64,000 nucleotides of DNA, from IMG/VR virus record IMGVR_UViG_3300045988_149331, positions 32,001-96,000 of that record, one strand, 5' to 3'. Of the stretch, positions 35,569 through 44,527 are shown one piece after another. The DNA comes from a virus. How positions within the stretch are numbered: the stretch's first letter is position 1; the number at the start of each line of letters is the position of its first letter. A program made the position numbers and the translations under genes. The notes beneath the pieces are model-generated. The model was given only the letters and a program-made list of their open reading frames with translations. It had not been told where the DNA came from and searched no databases.

Positions 35569-35799
35569 TTACTTGGCGGCCTCGGTTTCGAATGCCCGTA
35601 GCAGTTCACGCGTGTCGGCGATACGCTCACACAACCGCATGACTTCTTCGTCGGTGGCGCCCTCCTTGGCGCGGTTGAGCGATTTGACCTGGTCACGGTA
35701 CAGGGCTACCTGTACGCGAACGGCTTCTTTGGAATGGTTCTTTGCGTAGTCACGGGCTGTGGCCATGGCTGTAGCGCGGGTTACTCGATTAGGTGCCAT
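35569..35799 (-). CDS. Hypothetical protein
   Basis: 76-aa helical ORF. Confidence 0.45.
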   Translation of the reverse strand: MAPNRVTRATAMATARDYAKNHSKEAVRVQVALYRDQVKSLNRAKEGATDEEVMRLCERIADTRELLRAFETEAAK

Positions 35800-35811
35800 A
35801 ATTTTGATGGT

Positions 35812-36105
35812 TTAGACTTCAATTTCGATTTTCTCGAACATCACGCGCTGAGGATCAAAATCGCCAAACGTCGTAGTGACGCGATACCACACGCTGTTGG
35901 CTAAATCGTCGGTGATGTGCGGCATTTTGACGGCTGTGCGCTCTTGACCGCCAAGGACCAAAGTGGTGGCGATATTGTAACCGCCCATCGCGAATCTAAC
36001 AGCCATGAGGCGACGTTCTTCGATCTTTTGGCGCTCAGCGGGCTTCATATCACGCAGGTCGCTGTTTTCAGCAGCGTTGAGGATGTACAAATCGACAGTT
36101 TTCAT
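35812..36105 (-). CDS. Hypothetical protein
   Basis: 97-aa ORF. Confidence 0.5.
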   Translation of the reverse strand: MKTVDLYILNAAENSDLRDMKPAERQKIEERRLMAVRFAMGGYNIATTLVLGGQERTAVKMPHITDDLANSVWYRVTTTFGDFDPQRVMFEKIEIEV

Positions 36106-36932
36106 TTTCGTCCGTAGTCGTGGGCTGATTCGTAAGCCGTCCAGGCGGCTTCAAAGTCCTCCAGCCCGAGGTTTTGCATTTTAACGTTGGCGGTGCTGAT
36201 GGCAGTCGCGATCTCACTAACGGCGGCCCGGTGTACCAGCATAGCCTCTTTAAGCGATTTGAGGCGGTCGCCCAACAGCAACAGGCCCATCCACGCATAG
36301 CGCACGACCTGTACATTTACGTCTTCGCACGAAAAGCGGCCATAATTCTCAAGCGACGTCACCAGTACGGGGTTGCCGTTATCGTCATCGAGATAGAACG
36401 TCAGCGTGGATTTTTGGTCGATGTCTCCACGGCCATCAAGCAGCCCAAACGTCACTGAGCCTGGCGACGTGCGTGAAACACGCCAATCCGTGCAGTTGCG
36501 GTTTTCGACGAGGAATTTGTCCAACGCCTTTTGGAACTTCAGGTTGGCTTCATCCATTTTACGATTGGAGCCGTTGACGGCCATCTCCAGACGCGCAACG
36601 GCCACTTTACCAGCGTTCGAAGAGCGATATGCGTTCATGATACGGAACCGGAGGTAGTTGCGCCGAGCGTCTTCGAACAGTCGCTCCATATTGTTCAGGT
36701 ACTCAACCATCTCCCGCTTCGATTTCTGGTAGACGCCCGGCTGAAACGAATTACCACCCATCGACTGAAAGGCCAGATCGTACGCCTTTTGAGCCCTGAA
36801 TTCAGGCTCGGGGTTGACGCCGTTGAGGCGTGCTTCGTACTCACACCAATCTTCACGCCGCTTGAAGACGTCGATTATGGCGTCCATCACGGCCTCCTTG
36901 GTCTTGAATTTGTTGATACGGTACGTTTTCAT
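36102..36932 (-). CDS. Hypothetical protein
   Basis: 276-aa ORF. It contains an internal copy of TTAACGTTGGCGG at 36180-36192. Confidence 0.6.
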   Translation of the reverse strand: MKTYRINKFKTKEAVMDAIIDVFKRREDWCEYEARLNGVNPEPEFRAQKAYDLAFQSMGGNSFQPGVYQKSKREMVEYLNNMERLFEDARRNYLRFRIMNAYRSSNAGKVAVARLEMAVNGSNRKMDEANLKFQKALDKFLVENRNCTDWRVSRTSPGSVTFGLLDGRGDIDQKSTLTFYLDDDNGNPVLVTSLENYGRFSCEDVNVQVVRYAWMGLLLLGDRLKSLKEAMLVHRAAVSEIATAISTANVKMQNLGLEDFEAAWTAYESAHDYGRK

Positions 36933-37001
36933 CGCGTTATTTGTTTTTCGGTTTTGACTATTTTACTTGGCGAGATAGGCGTTGATGGCGTCGGCCAGGT
37001 G

Positions 37002-37410
37002 CTACTCGTTCTTGGGCTCTTCAGGCTGAATGGGCTCTTTAGCCCACTTCCTCCACGCGGCGTTCTCGTCAGCACGAAGCATCAGCACGTCGCCAGAACC
37101 ATTACCCCACCAGTTGTTGCAGTGCGAGAGGTGAATACCAGCCTGGTTACCATGAGCAGAGCACATTTTCTTGTAAATCGACCGGAACATCGCCGATACT
37201 CGCCGACCGCTGAAATGGCCGCCTTGCTTGGCGTCGTTAGTGACGTAGATTTCGGCATCAGCGGGGGTGATATCGCCTAACTTTTCGTCTACGAACTCAG
37301 CCGAGGCGCCGCCCCAATAGCCGTGTTTGATAGTGTCCTTGAGGAGTTGCTGTTCTTCGGGGGGTCAGCGCCTTTACGATTTCGCGGATGGCTTCAACGG
37401 TTGCTTTCAT
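37002..37410 (-). pseudogene. Gene interrupted by a +1 frame change at a C6 run (sequencing error, programmed +1 frameshift or genuine disruption)
   Basis: The ATG at 37410 gives MKATVEAIREIVKALTP and then stops after 37 codons. Skipping one C of ACCCCCCGAAG (G6 on the plus strand, 37359-37364) gives ...TPEEQQLLKDTIKHGYWGGASAEFVDEK... continuous to the stop at 37002. That fused product is 135 aa. Confidence 0.55.
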
Positions 37411-37454
37411 GGCTTTATACGATCTTGTTTTACGATTTGGGGATTTGGCGGCGA

Positions 37455-37703
37455 TTAGAACCACACTTTGCGGAATTTAACGCGAATCGGGGCGCAACCT
37501 ATACTGGCCAGTGCGGCGTTGATTGAACGCTCTTCGAAAGCGGCCTGGGCTTTGAGGACCTTATCCTCCAGCGGGGAATCTTTCGGGAATTCGACGAAGA
37601 GGAGATCGTCATTCTGACGCGACCAGAAGGTCTTGGCGGCTGCCCATTCTTTGCCCATTTTACGGAGGTTGGCTTTCAGCTGAGTTGAGATTTGCTTTTT
37701 CAT
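37455..37703 (-). CDS. Hypothetical protein
   Basis: Start moved to MKKQIST (37703); the longer ORF reads through the promoter cassette. Confidence 0.5.
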   Translation of the reverse strand: MKKQISTQLKANLRKMGKEWAAAKTFWSRQNDDLLFVEFPKDSPLEDKVLKAQAAFEERSINAALASIGCAPIRVKFRKVWF

Positions 37704-37735
37704 AGTTTTGTAGTGTGTTTTAGTTTCATTTTCAA

Positions 37736-37770
37736 CTACAAAGGTACGGCGAATTTTCCAAATCTCCAAG
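37736..37770 (-). promoter_or_regulatory. Promoter-like cassette
   Basis: Minus strand reads CTTGGAGATTTGGAAAATTCGCCGTACCTTTGTAGTTGAAAATGAAAC. The TACCTTTG box lies 43 nt from the ATG. Confidence 0.55.
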
Positions 37771-37884
37771 AGAATTTCAAGAAATTTTTCTCTTTTTACA
37801 AAGATTTTTCCAAGACCCTCGTTAAATCAACATCAGAGCGAGTATATCATCATCGCCAACAGCAGCGCCACAACACAAAACCCC

Positions 37885-37926
37885 AGTAAATAAAGAAGGT
37901 TGACGACTACCCGAGCCATCAACCTT
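37885..37926 (-). terminator. Hairpin terminator after the 145-aa gene
   Basis: Stem AAGGTTGA/TCAACCTT (37896-37903 and 37919-37926), followed on the minus strand by CTTTATTTAC. Confidence 0.45.
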
Positions 37927-37948
37927 ACAATATACGCCAACCGTTTCA

Positions 37949-38386
37949 TCACGGTTTGAATAGCATTTTGTTACACTTAGGACAGCGCAGCAGAACCTTG
38001 GGCAGATAGCGGTCCTCAAACGCGCCACGCATAAAGATTCGCGCCTGGTCGTGAGTGAGGGAGATATTTTCGCCACACTCACACGTCAGCGTGACGTGGG
38101 CGGTGTACTTACCCTCACCAGGTGTTTCGTTAAGGTAAAGGCGGTCGGGGAACTGGCGAAACTCCAGTACGCCGTTGGCGTTACGCGTCCACGAGTTAGT
38201 ACGTTCTTTACCAAACCCCATGTTCATCGTGATGGCGTACCCCTTGGTGTTGGCCAGGAACTCGGGCGTTAGACAGATTTGAGCGTCGTGCGGGTGCTTA
38301 GGGTCATCGCTGGGTACGGTGTAACACCCGTAACGGCGCATTTCTTCACTGAGGCGCGGGTCGTCGTAGTTACGTTCTTCGTTCAT
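37949..38386 (-). CDS. Hypothetical protein with a C-terminal zinc ribbon
   Basis: The CECGE and CPKCNK pairs lie near the C-terminus. Confidence 0.55.
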   Translation of the reverse strand: MNEERNYDDPRLSEEMRRYGCYTVPSDDPKHPHDAQICLTPEFLANTKGYAITMNMGFGKERTNSWTRNANGVLEFRQFPDRLYLNETPGEGKYTAHVTLTCECGENISLTHDQARIFMRGAFEDRYLPKVLLRCPKCNKMLFKP

Positions 38387-38402
38387 ATCGTTTCCAAGAT
38401 TT

Positions 38403-38954
38403 TTAGTTAAATAGCGTTCCGTTGGCGTATTTCATCACCCAGGCTGTCGATTCCAACAGATAGTCGCCCTCTTTAGCCATATCCACCAACCGCCAATACT
38501 GAGGAAATACGCGGCCCGTAGGGTCTTCTCCAGCAGCGGAGTTGTAGCGTACCTCCATCTGGGCAGTACGAAAGTCGCGAAACCCCAGGCGTGCGGCGCG
38601 GAAGTGGTGTTCGTCCTCAGGGCTGGCCAAGGTGACGGCGATAGCGTCCACCAGCGGTGCTACTTTCAACAACCCCTCGACGTCGGGAAACCCGGTGAAT
38701 AGCTTTACCCACACACGTGGGTTAGCTTGGCGCAATTCGGTAACAACGTCAATAACGCGCTGGGGATAGTTCATCGGTTCGCCGCCAATAATCTGTACCA
38801 CCGGAAAGGAATCACCCAGGGCACGACCCGTTGAAATACACACCTTACCCTGCTTGGCCCACAGGTCACGTGCCGCGGCCAACACCCGCATTCCGTAGGC
38901 GTCAACGGGCAATTCGTCAACGATCAGGCGGCATATACGTCCTTTATAGTCCAT
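38403..38954 (-). CDS. NrdG/QueE-like radical-SAM-activase-fold protein lacking the CX3CX2C cluster motif
   Basis: VVQIIGGEPMNYPQRVIDVVTELRQANPRVWVKLFTGF parallels NrdG SLSGGDPLHPQNVPDILKLVQRIRAECPGKDIWVWTGY. The N-terminal region has no Cys triad. Confidence 0.4.
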   Translation of the reverse strand: MDYKGRICRLIVDELPVDAYGMRVLAAARDLWAKQGKVCISTGRALGDSFPVVQIIGGEPMNYPQRVIDVVTELRQANPRVWVKLFTGFPDVEGLLKVAPLVDAIAVTLASPEDEHHFRAARLGFRDFRTAQMEVRYNSAAGEDPTGRVFPQYWRLVDMAKEGDYLLESTAWVMKYANGTLFN

Positions 38955-38956
38955 GG

Positions 38957-39445
38957 CTATCGGTTTTTGGTGTGTCTTATAACGCGACCCGTTTCTTCTG
39001 GTGTTTCATCCAACCCGCGGTTGTAGGGTGCGTCGGTGATTTCACTGAAGGGATAGGGTACAGGCATCGTGTTTAATTCCGCGCGGCTGGTTGGTTCTTT
39101 CCAAGAGCGAACTTTGCGTCCTGGTACGTGTTTCAAAACGTTGGGTGGAATGAGGTCCTTTGGCGGTTCGTACGCTGGAACTGGCGGCGGAGGCGGTACG
39201 ACAGGCGCTGACTTACGAGGTCGTCGTTGCTTGTCCGTATTCGTGTTGGCGGTGACGATTTTAGTCGCTTTCTTACGCTCACTGAGTAAACCCCTTCGCG
39301 ACGCCGTACTGCGGACCGTAGCGATCGACAACCCCCATTTAGCGCAAAACGCCTTAATATCCATCGTGGCGTAGGTTTCGATGAGTTCTCGTAAAGCGTC
39401 ACTGCCTTCGACAAGAACTGATGGTTTACCAGCAATTCGCGACAT
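38957..39445 (-). CDS. Hypothetical protein with an HTH-like N-terminus and a Pro-rich centre
   Basis: The ORF is 162 aa. DIKAFCAKWGLSIATVRSTASRRG looks HTH-like, and the central stretch is VVPPPPPVPAYEPP. Confidence 0.5.
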   Translation of the reverse strand: MSRIAGKPSVLVEGSDALRELIETYATMDIKAFCAKWGLSIATVRSTASRRGLLSERKKATKIVTANTNTDKQRRPRKSAPVVPPPPPVPAYEPPKDLIPPNVLKHVPGRKVRSWKEPTSRAELNTMPVPYPFSEITDAPYNRGLDETPEETGRVIRHTKNR

Positions 39446-39446
39446 A

Positions 39447-39704
39447 TCACAGGTAGGTTAAGGTGGTGTTGTATTTAACACGTTCTTCATTCAAGAGAGC
39501 CAACAGACGCTCTTCAGAACGCGACGACGATCCTTCGTAGTGATACTCGTCGAGTGTGAGTTCTACTTCAGCGTCGTTGTGTACGGGATAACCGCGGCCG
39601 CGCGCTATCAGCTGGCGTTCGGTTTTGGCGCGTTGACGACGTACATCCTCGATTTGGCGTATTATTTCGTCCTTAGTCATCACCGCGTCAGTTTTAACAT
39701 CCAA
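39447..39704 (-). CDS. Hypothetical protein
   Basis: 85-aa ORF. Confidence 0.45.
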   Translation of the reverse strand: MDVKTDAVMTKDEIIRQIEDVRRQRAKTERQLIARGRGYPVHNDAEVELTLDEYHYEGSSSRSEERLLALLNEERVKYNTTLTYL

Positions 39705-40009
39705 TCACGGAACTGGTACGGCGCACGTGGTTCGCGTTCTACCATCTGGCCTGTGCGTAGGTTACGCAGGTGGTAGGTCGGGAACTCGTCCTCGGTATCG
39801 CCGCCAACGATAAGGCACGTGTCTTCGCCCTTACCAGCGGCGTCGTACATTTCGTCCAACAACCCGATAGGGTCGTCGTTGGCTTCGTCGTACACCACGG
39901 CGTACAGCGTGTGGAATTCTTCCTCGGTAAAGTCAACGCCCGTATAGGCGGCTATCTCGTCCCACGTCTTTACCTTTACGCGGGTGCCGATACGAAACAG
40001 CGGATTCAT
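39680..40009 (-). CDS. Hypothetical protein
   Basis: 109-aa ORF. Confidence 0.5.
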   Translation of the reverse strand: MNPLFRIGTRVKVKTWDEIAAYTGVDFTEEEFHTLYAVVYDEANDDPIGLLDEMYDAAGKGEDTCLIVGGDTEDEFPTYHLRNLRTGQMVEREPRAPYQFRDWMLKLTR

Positions 40010-40344
40010 TTCTGCGCTTTATTAGGACCTTCAGGGTCGAGGTCGATAATAAGATTCTGCATTTTGTGGAGGTTGTAACGCACGAAAACCTCTTTAGCTA
40101 TCAGCGTCTGGCGATACGCCTCAACGAGCGCCAAACGTAAATCTTCCAACTGCTCGCCGTTGATGGCCGCGTCGGCCAGAACTTTTCCTTCGAGGTCGGT
40201 GATGTTGATAATTACAGCCGAACCGTTGTACGCGTTACCGCTTACGTGCGTAAGCGTGTCCAACGTCTTCATTACGGCCTCAGCGGACTGGGCGTAGGCC
40301 TTACGTTTCTCGGCCAGGAACTGTTTAAGGGTCTTGGATTTCAT
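40006..40344 (-). CDS. Hypothetical protein
   Basis: 112-aa ORF. Confidence 0.5.
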   Translation of the reverse strand: MKSKTLKQFLAEKRKAYAQSAEAVMKTLDTLTHVSGNAYNGSAVIINITDLEGKVLADAAINGEQLEDLRLALVEAYRQTLIAKEVFVRYNLHKMQNLIIDLDPEGPNKAQK

Positions 40345-40364
40345 TTCGTTTTACGATTTAAGTT

Positions 40365-40472
40365 CTACAATCTTACGGCGTCGGCCAAATAGGCTTCAGC
40401 CCCGGTAACGCTGGGCGTTTCGGCACCCCAGCCAGCGGCATACGCAGCAGCGATAAGCGTTTCGGCAGTCAT
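40365..40472 (-). CDS. Possible 35-aa micro-ORF
   Basis: MTAETLIAAAYAAGWGAETPSVTGAEAYLADAVRL fills an otherwise empty gap and is preceded by the same AAATCGTAAA leader box as its neighbours. It is below the track threshold. Confidence 0.3.
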   Translation of the reverse strand: MTAETLIAAAYAAGWGAETPSVTGAEAYLADAVRL

Positions 40473-40474
40473 GG

Positions 40475-40666
40475 CTATTTACGATTTAAGCGTTCCACTA
40501 TACGATATATCACATACACGCCATACCCGATAACGAGCATGCCGAAGAGTTTTACCAACCCGTCACCGTACCAAATCAGGTTGATACCTACAAACGCTAT
40601 CACGGCAACGATTATTACCAACATCCACGCGGCGCGTTCTTCCAACTGTTTACGATTCTTGTCCAT
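40475..40666 (-). CDS. Small two-TM membrane protein
   Basis: Start moved to MDKNRKQ (40666). The TM segments are WMLVIIVAVIAFVGINLIWY and LFGMLVIGYGVYVIY. Confidence 0.5.
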   Translation of the reverse strand: MDKNRKQLEERAAWMLVIIVAVIAFVGINLIWYGDGLVKLFGMLVIGYGVYVIYRIVERLNRK

Positions 40667-40696
40667 TTTACAGAGTTTAGTTTCATTTTCCAAGAG

Positions 40697-40750
40697 CGAA
40701 GGTAGTGTAAATCTCCAAGACTTCAAAGAGAATCGCGAAAAATCCTCCAA
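40697..40750 (-). promoter_or_regulatory. Promoter-like cassette
   Basis: Minus strand reads CTTGGAGGATTT...CTTGGAGATTTACACTACCTTCGCTCTTGGAAAATGAAAC. The TACCTTCG box lies 38 nt from the ATG. Confidence 0.5.
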
Positions 40751-40780
40751 GAAAAGCGAATTATTTTCGTAAACCGCCAA

Positions 40781-40821
40781 CAGAAACCCCAGCTAACGGG
40801 GTGGATAGGTGTTAGCTGGGG
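40781..40821 (-). terminator. Hairpin terminator after the 179-aa gene
   Basis: 11-bp stem CCCCAGCTAAC/GTTAGCTGGGG, followed on the minus strand by TTTCTGTTGG. Confidence 0.45.
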
Positions 40822-40874
40822 AGTTGTAAAACGAATAGTTATACCGCCTCACGGCGTCACGTAGTATAACGTTG

Positions 40875-41414
40875 TTAGATGAACTTACGAGCGATCCACT
40901 GGATGTACTCCTGTTCCACAGCAGCACGTTCGGCGTCACCGCGTTGACTCTTTTGTTCACAGATATACGCCCGTTTAGCGATCTCGTAGCAGGTGTCGTT
41001 ACTCATTTGTTCCATCATCCACTGGTAGGCGTCAAACGTTTCGTCGTGGATGATATTAGTCACCATGGCGCTGGCGTCGTGAAGGTCGATCGTGACCAAC
41101 GGAGTGCAAGGGTTGTGTGAACGTTTAGGGAACAACATCAACCACTTACGGTACGCACCTTCGTTGTACTGCTCGATGCCGCGGGTGACGATAATGCCGT
41201 TGGAAAGACACTCACGGTGACGCTTATATGCCTTGTACGCTCGCTTGTGTATACGCTGTACTACCTCGTTCCACGACATTTCGTCAGGGGTGATTTTCTC
41301 TAACCCCAACAGGTAGCGACACCAAAAGAACGACGGACGGTATTCCCACCACGTTACAACGACAATAGCCAGCGCACACGCCAGTGCGGCGAATAGGGTG
41401 AATTTATCCTCCAT
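40875..41414 (-). CDS. Hypothetical membrane-anchored protein
   Basis: The N-terminal TM segment is FTLFAALACALAIVVVTWW. Confidence 0.55.
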   Translation of the reverse strand: MEDKFTLFAALACALAIVVVTWWEYRPSFFWCRYLLGLEKITPDEMSWNEVVQRIHKRAYKAYKRHRECLSNGIIVTRGIEQYNEGAYRKWLMLFPKRSHNPCTPLVTIDLHDASAMVTNIIHDETFDAYQWMMEQMSNDTCYEIAKRAYICEQKSQRGDAERAAVEQEYIQWIARKFI

Positions 41415-41432
41415 ATTGGTCTTGAATTCTCG

Positions 41433-42005
41433 TTATCGCGAAGCGAACGTCACCTTGTACCACCCTGCGCCTGCAACGGCCACAAATCGCGTGTTACGAT
41501 CCTTCTCGTCGAGGGAGATGTACACCGCTGCTGACGTATTAGCGAACGCCGGCACCAACTCCACACCAACGCGCGTTTTCACAGCAGCCATCGTCACTAC
41601 AGACACCTTCTCCACCGCGGTGTCTTCGCGTACGTCGAAACCCAACGCGCGGATTGCACCCATCACGTAGTCCGACTGGTCAACACGACGCTGTAAGGTT
41701 TCCATCATCGCTGCGTGGTCGTTCTTGAATTCAGCGAACGAGCGGACCTCGGTGCTTTCGTGCACGAAATTACCAACCGTGTTTTCACCGATCACCACCA
41801 CATGGCGCACGCGGTTGTACGTCCCACTCGCCACGGGCACTACTGCAGACACGTTCCAACCGATGGCCGCCACCTTGGTACGAATGTAGTCGAGGCGCTC
41901 TTCCTTTTCACGATCGAGGTTCACCAGTACGTCAGCCTCTGCGGCGGAGATCAGTTCGATGGGCTGGCCGTTCCACTTTGATTTGAAGTCTTGAATTTCC
42001 ATCAC
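41433..42005 (-). CDS. Hypothetical protein
   Basis: 190-aa ORF. Confidence 0.55.
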   Translation of the reverse strand: MMEIQDFKSKWNGQPIELISAAEADVLVNLDREKEERLDYIRTKVAAIGWNVSAVVPVASGTYNRVRHVVVIGENTVGNFVHESTEVRSFAEFKNDHAAMMETLQRRVDQSDYVMGAIRALGFDVREDTAVEKVSVVTMAAVKTRVGVELVPAFANTSAAVYISLDEKDRNTRFVAVAGAGWYKVTFASR

Positions 42006-43240
42006 TTCTTGAATTTAGATTTTTGCTTTTTGTTGAACTTGTGCTGCGGGACACGTCCTTCCTCGCGGGTGAGTTCGTGATCGTCGTCAGCTGTCTTATT
42101 AAACTTTGAACGCCAGAAATCGACGTCAGCTGCAGCACGTTGTTTAGGACCTTCCAACATCTCACGCTGCTGACGTATACGCTGGAGGAACAGCTGCTTT
42201 ATGGCCTCGCCTGAAGCGCGTTCTTCGGGGGTGAGGGGTTCGGCCTTGACGTCTTCAACCTCATCGATGCCGCTGACGGCGTGGTTGTGCTGGATGCGGT
42301 TGAAATCGTAGTTCATCGTAGACGGATATTCCATCTCGGCCTCAGGATCATATTCCTCGTTAGCGGGCATAAAGCGGGCATAATACGAGTTGTGCAGTCC
42401 GGCAATGAGTTTCGGTAGACTCCAGTTCATGCGCGCAGCCACACGGCCAAGGATTATCTCCTTGAGGTTGATCGACTTATAGATGGTTTGTTGGATATGA
42501 AGGCGGATTTCAGTTTCGACGTTGACGTCGATGGCGCCGTTGATGAATATTTGGTCGCCTTCAGCCTCTTTACGGATCTGTTCCAGCGTCCGGAGCATCG
42601 CGTTATAAGCGTCCGTGCTGTTCAGGGCCTTATACCGCAGTTTCATCTGCGTGTACATCCAGCTAAGTTCTTCAAGACGAGGGCGTTTTGAGTAGAGACG
42701 TACGTCCTGGACGCGGTTACGGAATTCTTCGCGGCGTTTTTCAATGTCGGTGATGTAGTGCTTTAATACGTCCTGCACGTACGAAAGTTCTACCTGTATT
42801 TCACGACTTTCAGCCAAAATACGAACCACCTCCTTGGGGGTGAACATTTTCCCTAAAAGTTCCTTAATATCTTCGGCCAGCGAAACGTCATTCATCCGTA
42901 AGGCGTCGTGCTCTGCCTTTTGTTGGCGGTGACGACGATATGCCAAATCGTAGCTTCCGCGTGCAGTGGCCAAAAGGCGATTGGCGGCCAACTGCGCTTT
43001 ACGGCGTGCGATGTAGATTTCACGTATCTCTTCTTGTTCGCTGGTGGAGAGGTGCTTGATGGTTTCGTTGAGTTTCTTGGGGAACCACATAAGGTGGATT
43101 TCCGTGCCGTCGGAAGCTAATAGGTGGATGCGTTTGAGGGTATTCGATTCCTTGAGTACCAAATATTTCTTCCAAGCCACAGGATCAACGACTTCCGATG
43201 GAATTTCAGCGTTCAAAACCTCTTTTATGTCTTTTTCCAT
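42002..43240 (-). CDS. Hypothetical protein
   Basis: 412-aa ORF, helical and charged, with no recognised motif. Confidence 0.6.
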   Translation of the reverse strand: MEKDIKEVLNAEIPSEVVDPVAWKKYLVLKESNTLKRIHLLASDGTEIHLMWFPKKLNETIKHLSTSEQEEIREIYIARRKAQLAANRLLATARGSYDLAYRRHRQQKAEHDALRMNDVSLAEDIKELLGKMFTPKEVVRILAESREIQVELSYVQDVLKHYITDIEKRREEFRNRVQDVRLYSKRPRLEELSWMYTQMKLRYKALNSTDAYNAMLRTLEQIRKEAEGDQIFINGAIDVNVETEIRLHIQQTIYKSINLKEIILGRVAARMNWSLPKLIAGLHNSYYARFMPANEEYDPEAEMEYPSTMNYDFNRIQHNHAVSGIDEVEDVKAEPLTPEERASGEAIKQLFLQRIRQQREMLEGPKQRAAADVDFWRSKFNKTADDDHELTREEGRVPQHKFNKKQKSKFKK

Positions 43241-43270
43241 TGCGTTGTACGGTGAATAGGTTTGGGGATT

Positions 43271-43285
43271 AATAACTGTTGGCGG
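43271..43285 (+). promoter_or_regulatory. Variant copy (AATAACTGTTGGCGG) of the recurrent motif
   Basis: 31-45 nt upstream of the ATG at 43240. Confidence 0.35.
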
Positions 43286-43308
43286 TTGTTTTCTTCTATT
43301 GTGAGGGG

Positions 43309-43623
43309 CTATTTCTTTGAAATTTGCGGTGTTGGAAATAACGGCGGTGCTACCTCATCGCGATAATCTACAAAGGCCCAACGGTTGAATTCATTACTCA
43401 ACGCGCCAAGCAACTCACGATCTCGCCAAATGTTATTACGAACCGGAAAGGGCTGGCGACGCATACGTTTGGGGACGATGCCGTAGTTAACCGTGTTGCG
43501 GGCTATGCCTTCACTAACCTTTACAGCATCGGGCACAGTCAAACTGAACGCCTGACCCGCGTCCTCAGGGTAGAGAACAGGGATCAGGAGTCCATCGCGT
43601 GTTTTATAGATTTCGTATTTCAT
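43309..43623 (-). CDS. Hypothetical protein
   Basis: 104-aa ORF. Confidence 0.5.
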   Translation of the reverse strand: MKYEIYKTRDGLLIPVLYPEDAGQAFSLTVPDAVKVSEGIARNTVNYGIVPKRMRRQPFPVRNNIWRDRELLGALSNEFNRWAFVDYRDEVAPPLFPTPQISKK

Positions 43624-43892
43624 TCAGTGCACTTTTTCTCGTAGAACAACCGCCAACGCCAATACGGCATATAGTCGTTAAGTGTATCAACGTTCACGAT
43701 CTGTCCGCAATACGGACAACACACGCGGTCAGGTTCTACCAACGACTTAGGTGAGGTTATTTCTGTGCGCGCGAATATGAACTTTGCGCCACACATTTTG
43801 CAACGCTTTTTGTAAAGGGGGTTGTCGTAGTAGGTTTTACGACGCGACGCTTTGTCGTATTGTTTTAGACACCCTTTTTTAAGAGTTATCAT
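43620..43892 (-). CDS. Zinc-ribbon protein
   Basis: The Cys pairs are CKMCGAKF and CCPYCGQ. Confidence 0.5.
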   Translation of the reverse strand: MITLKKGCLKQYDKASRRKTYYDNPLYKKRCKMCGAKFIFARTEITSPKSLVEPDRVCCPYCGQIVNVDTLNDYMPYWRWRLFYEKKCTE

Positions 43893-43957
43893 CGCTTTTC
43901 TTTATTACGTTCTCTGAATAACACCCAACGCAGTTTATTCGCCAACACCTGTCACTG

Positions 43958-44521
43958 TCATATCTTCTGTTGTTTCTTTTTACGTTGATACGCCATCCTG
44001 ATGTTTTGGCCTGTGAGTTGGGCATATTCCGCTTTCGTTACCTCGCGACAGTCGGCAGGTATTTTGGCGCGTCCTGTTTCAACCATCCATTCCGAGACGG
44101 CGAAACCGAACTCCGACCCTACGATTTTGATGTTGGCCTCAATCTCCACGCGTATGCCGGCGAAATAGTCCGTGTAACCGATGATGGCGTTCACCTCGTT
44201 GCGGCTCACACGCGGTAGGCGTTGTAATTCACGCTCAACGGCGCGTCCTGCTTCAGTGGACGTATTAGGACGGTACTGATGCGCCAACGGCGAACCGTCC
44301 AATCGCCAAACGTTAGGATCAGGCGTTTCAGTGAACTCAATCGCGCTGATACCACCAGCCCAAAGCAGCCGTGGTGGACGGTAACTCACACCGCCAAAGC
44401 CCTTCATCGCTGCACGCGCAGCGTTCAGAGCCTCCATACGGCGGTGCGCCAACGCGAATATAGCGTCATAGGTCGCCGTTCCCGGCGGCGTAACATAATA
44501 TATCATCCGTTCGTCTTTCAT
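43958..44521 (-). CDS. Hypothetical protein
   Basis: 187-aa ORF. Confidence 0.55.
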   Translation of the reverse strand: MKDERMIYYVTPPGTATYDAIFALAHRRMEALNAARAAMKGFGGVSYRPPRLLWAGGISAIEFTETPDPNVWRLDGSPLAHQYRPNTSTEAGRAVERELQRLPRVSRNEVNAIIGYTDYFAGIRVEIEANIKIVGSEFGFAVSEWMVETGRAKIPADCREVTKAEYAQLTGQNIRMAYQRKKKQQKI

Positions 44522-44527
44522 GGTCTT

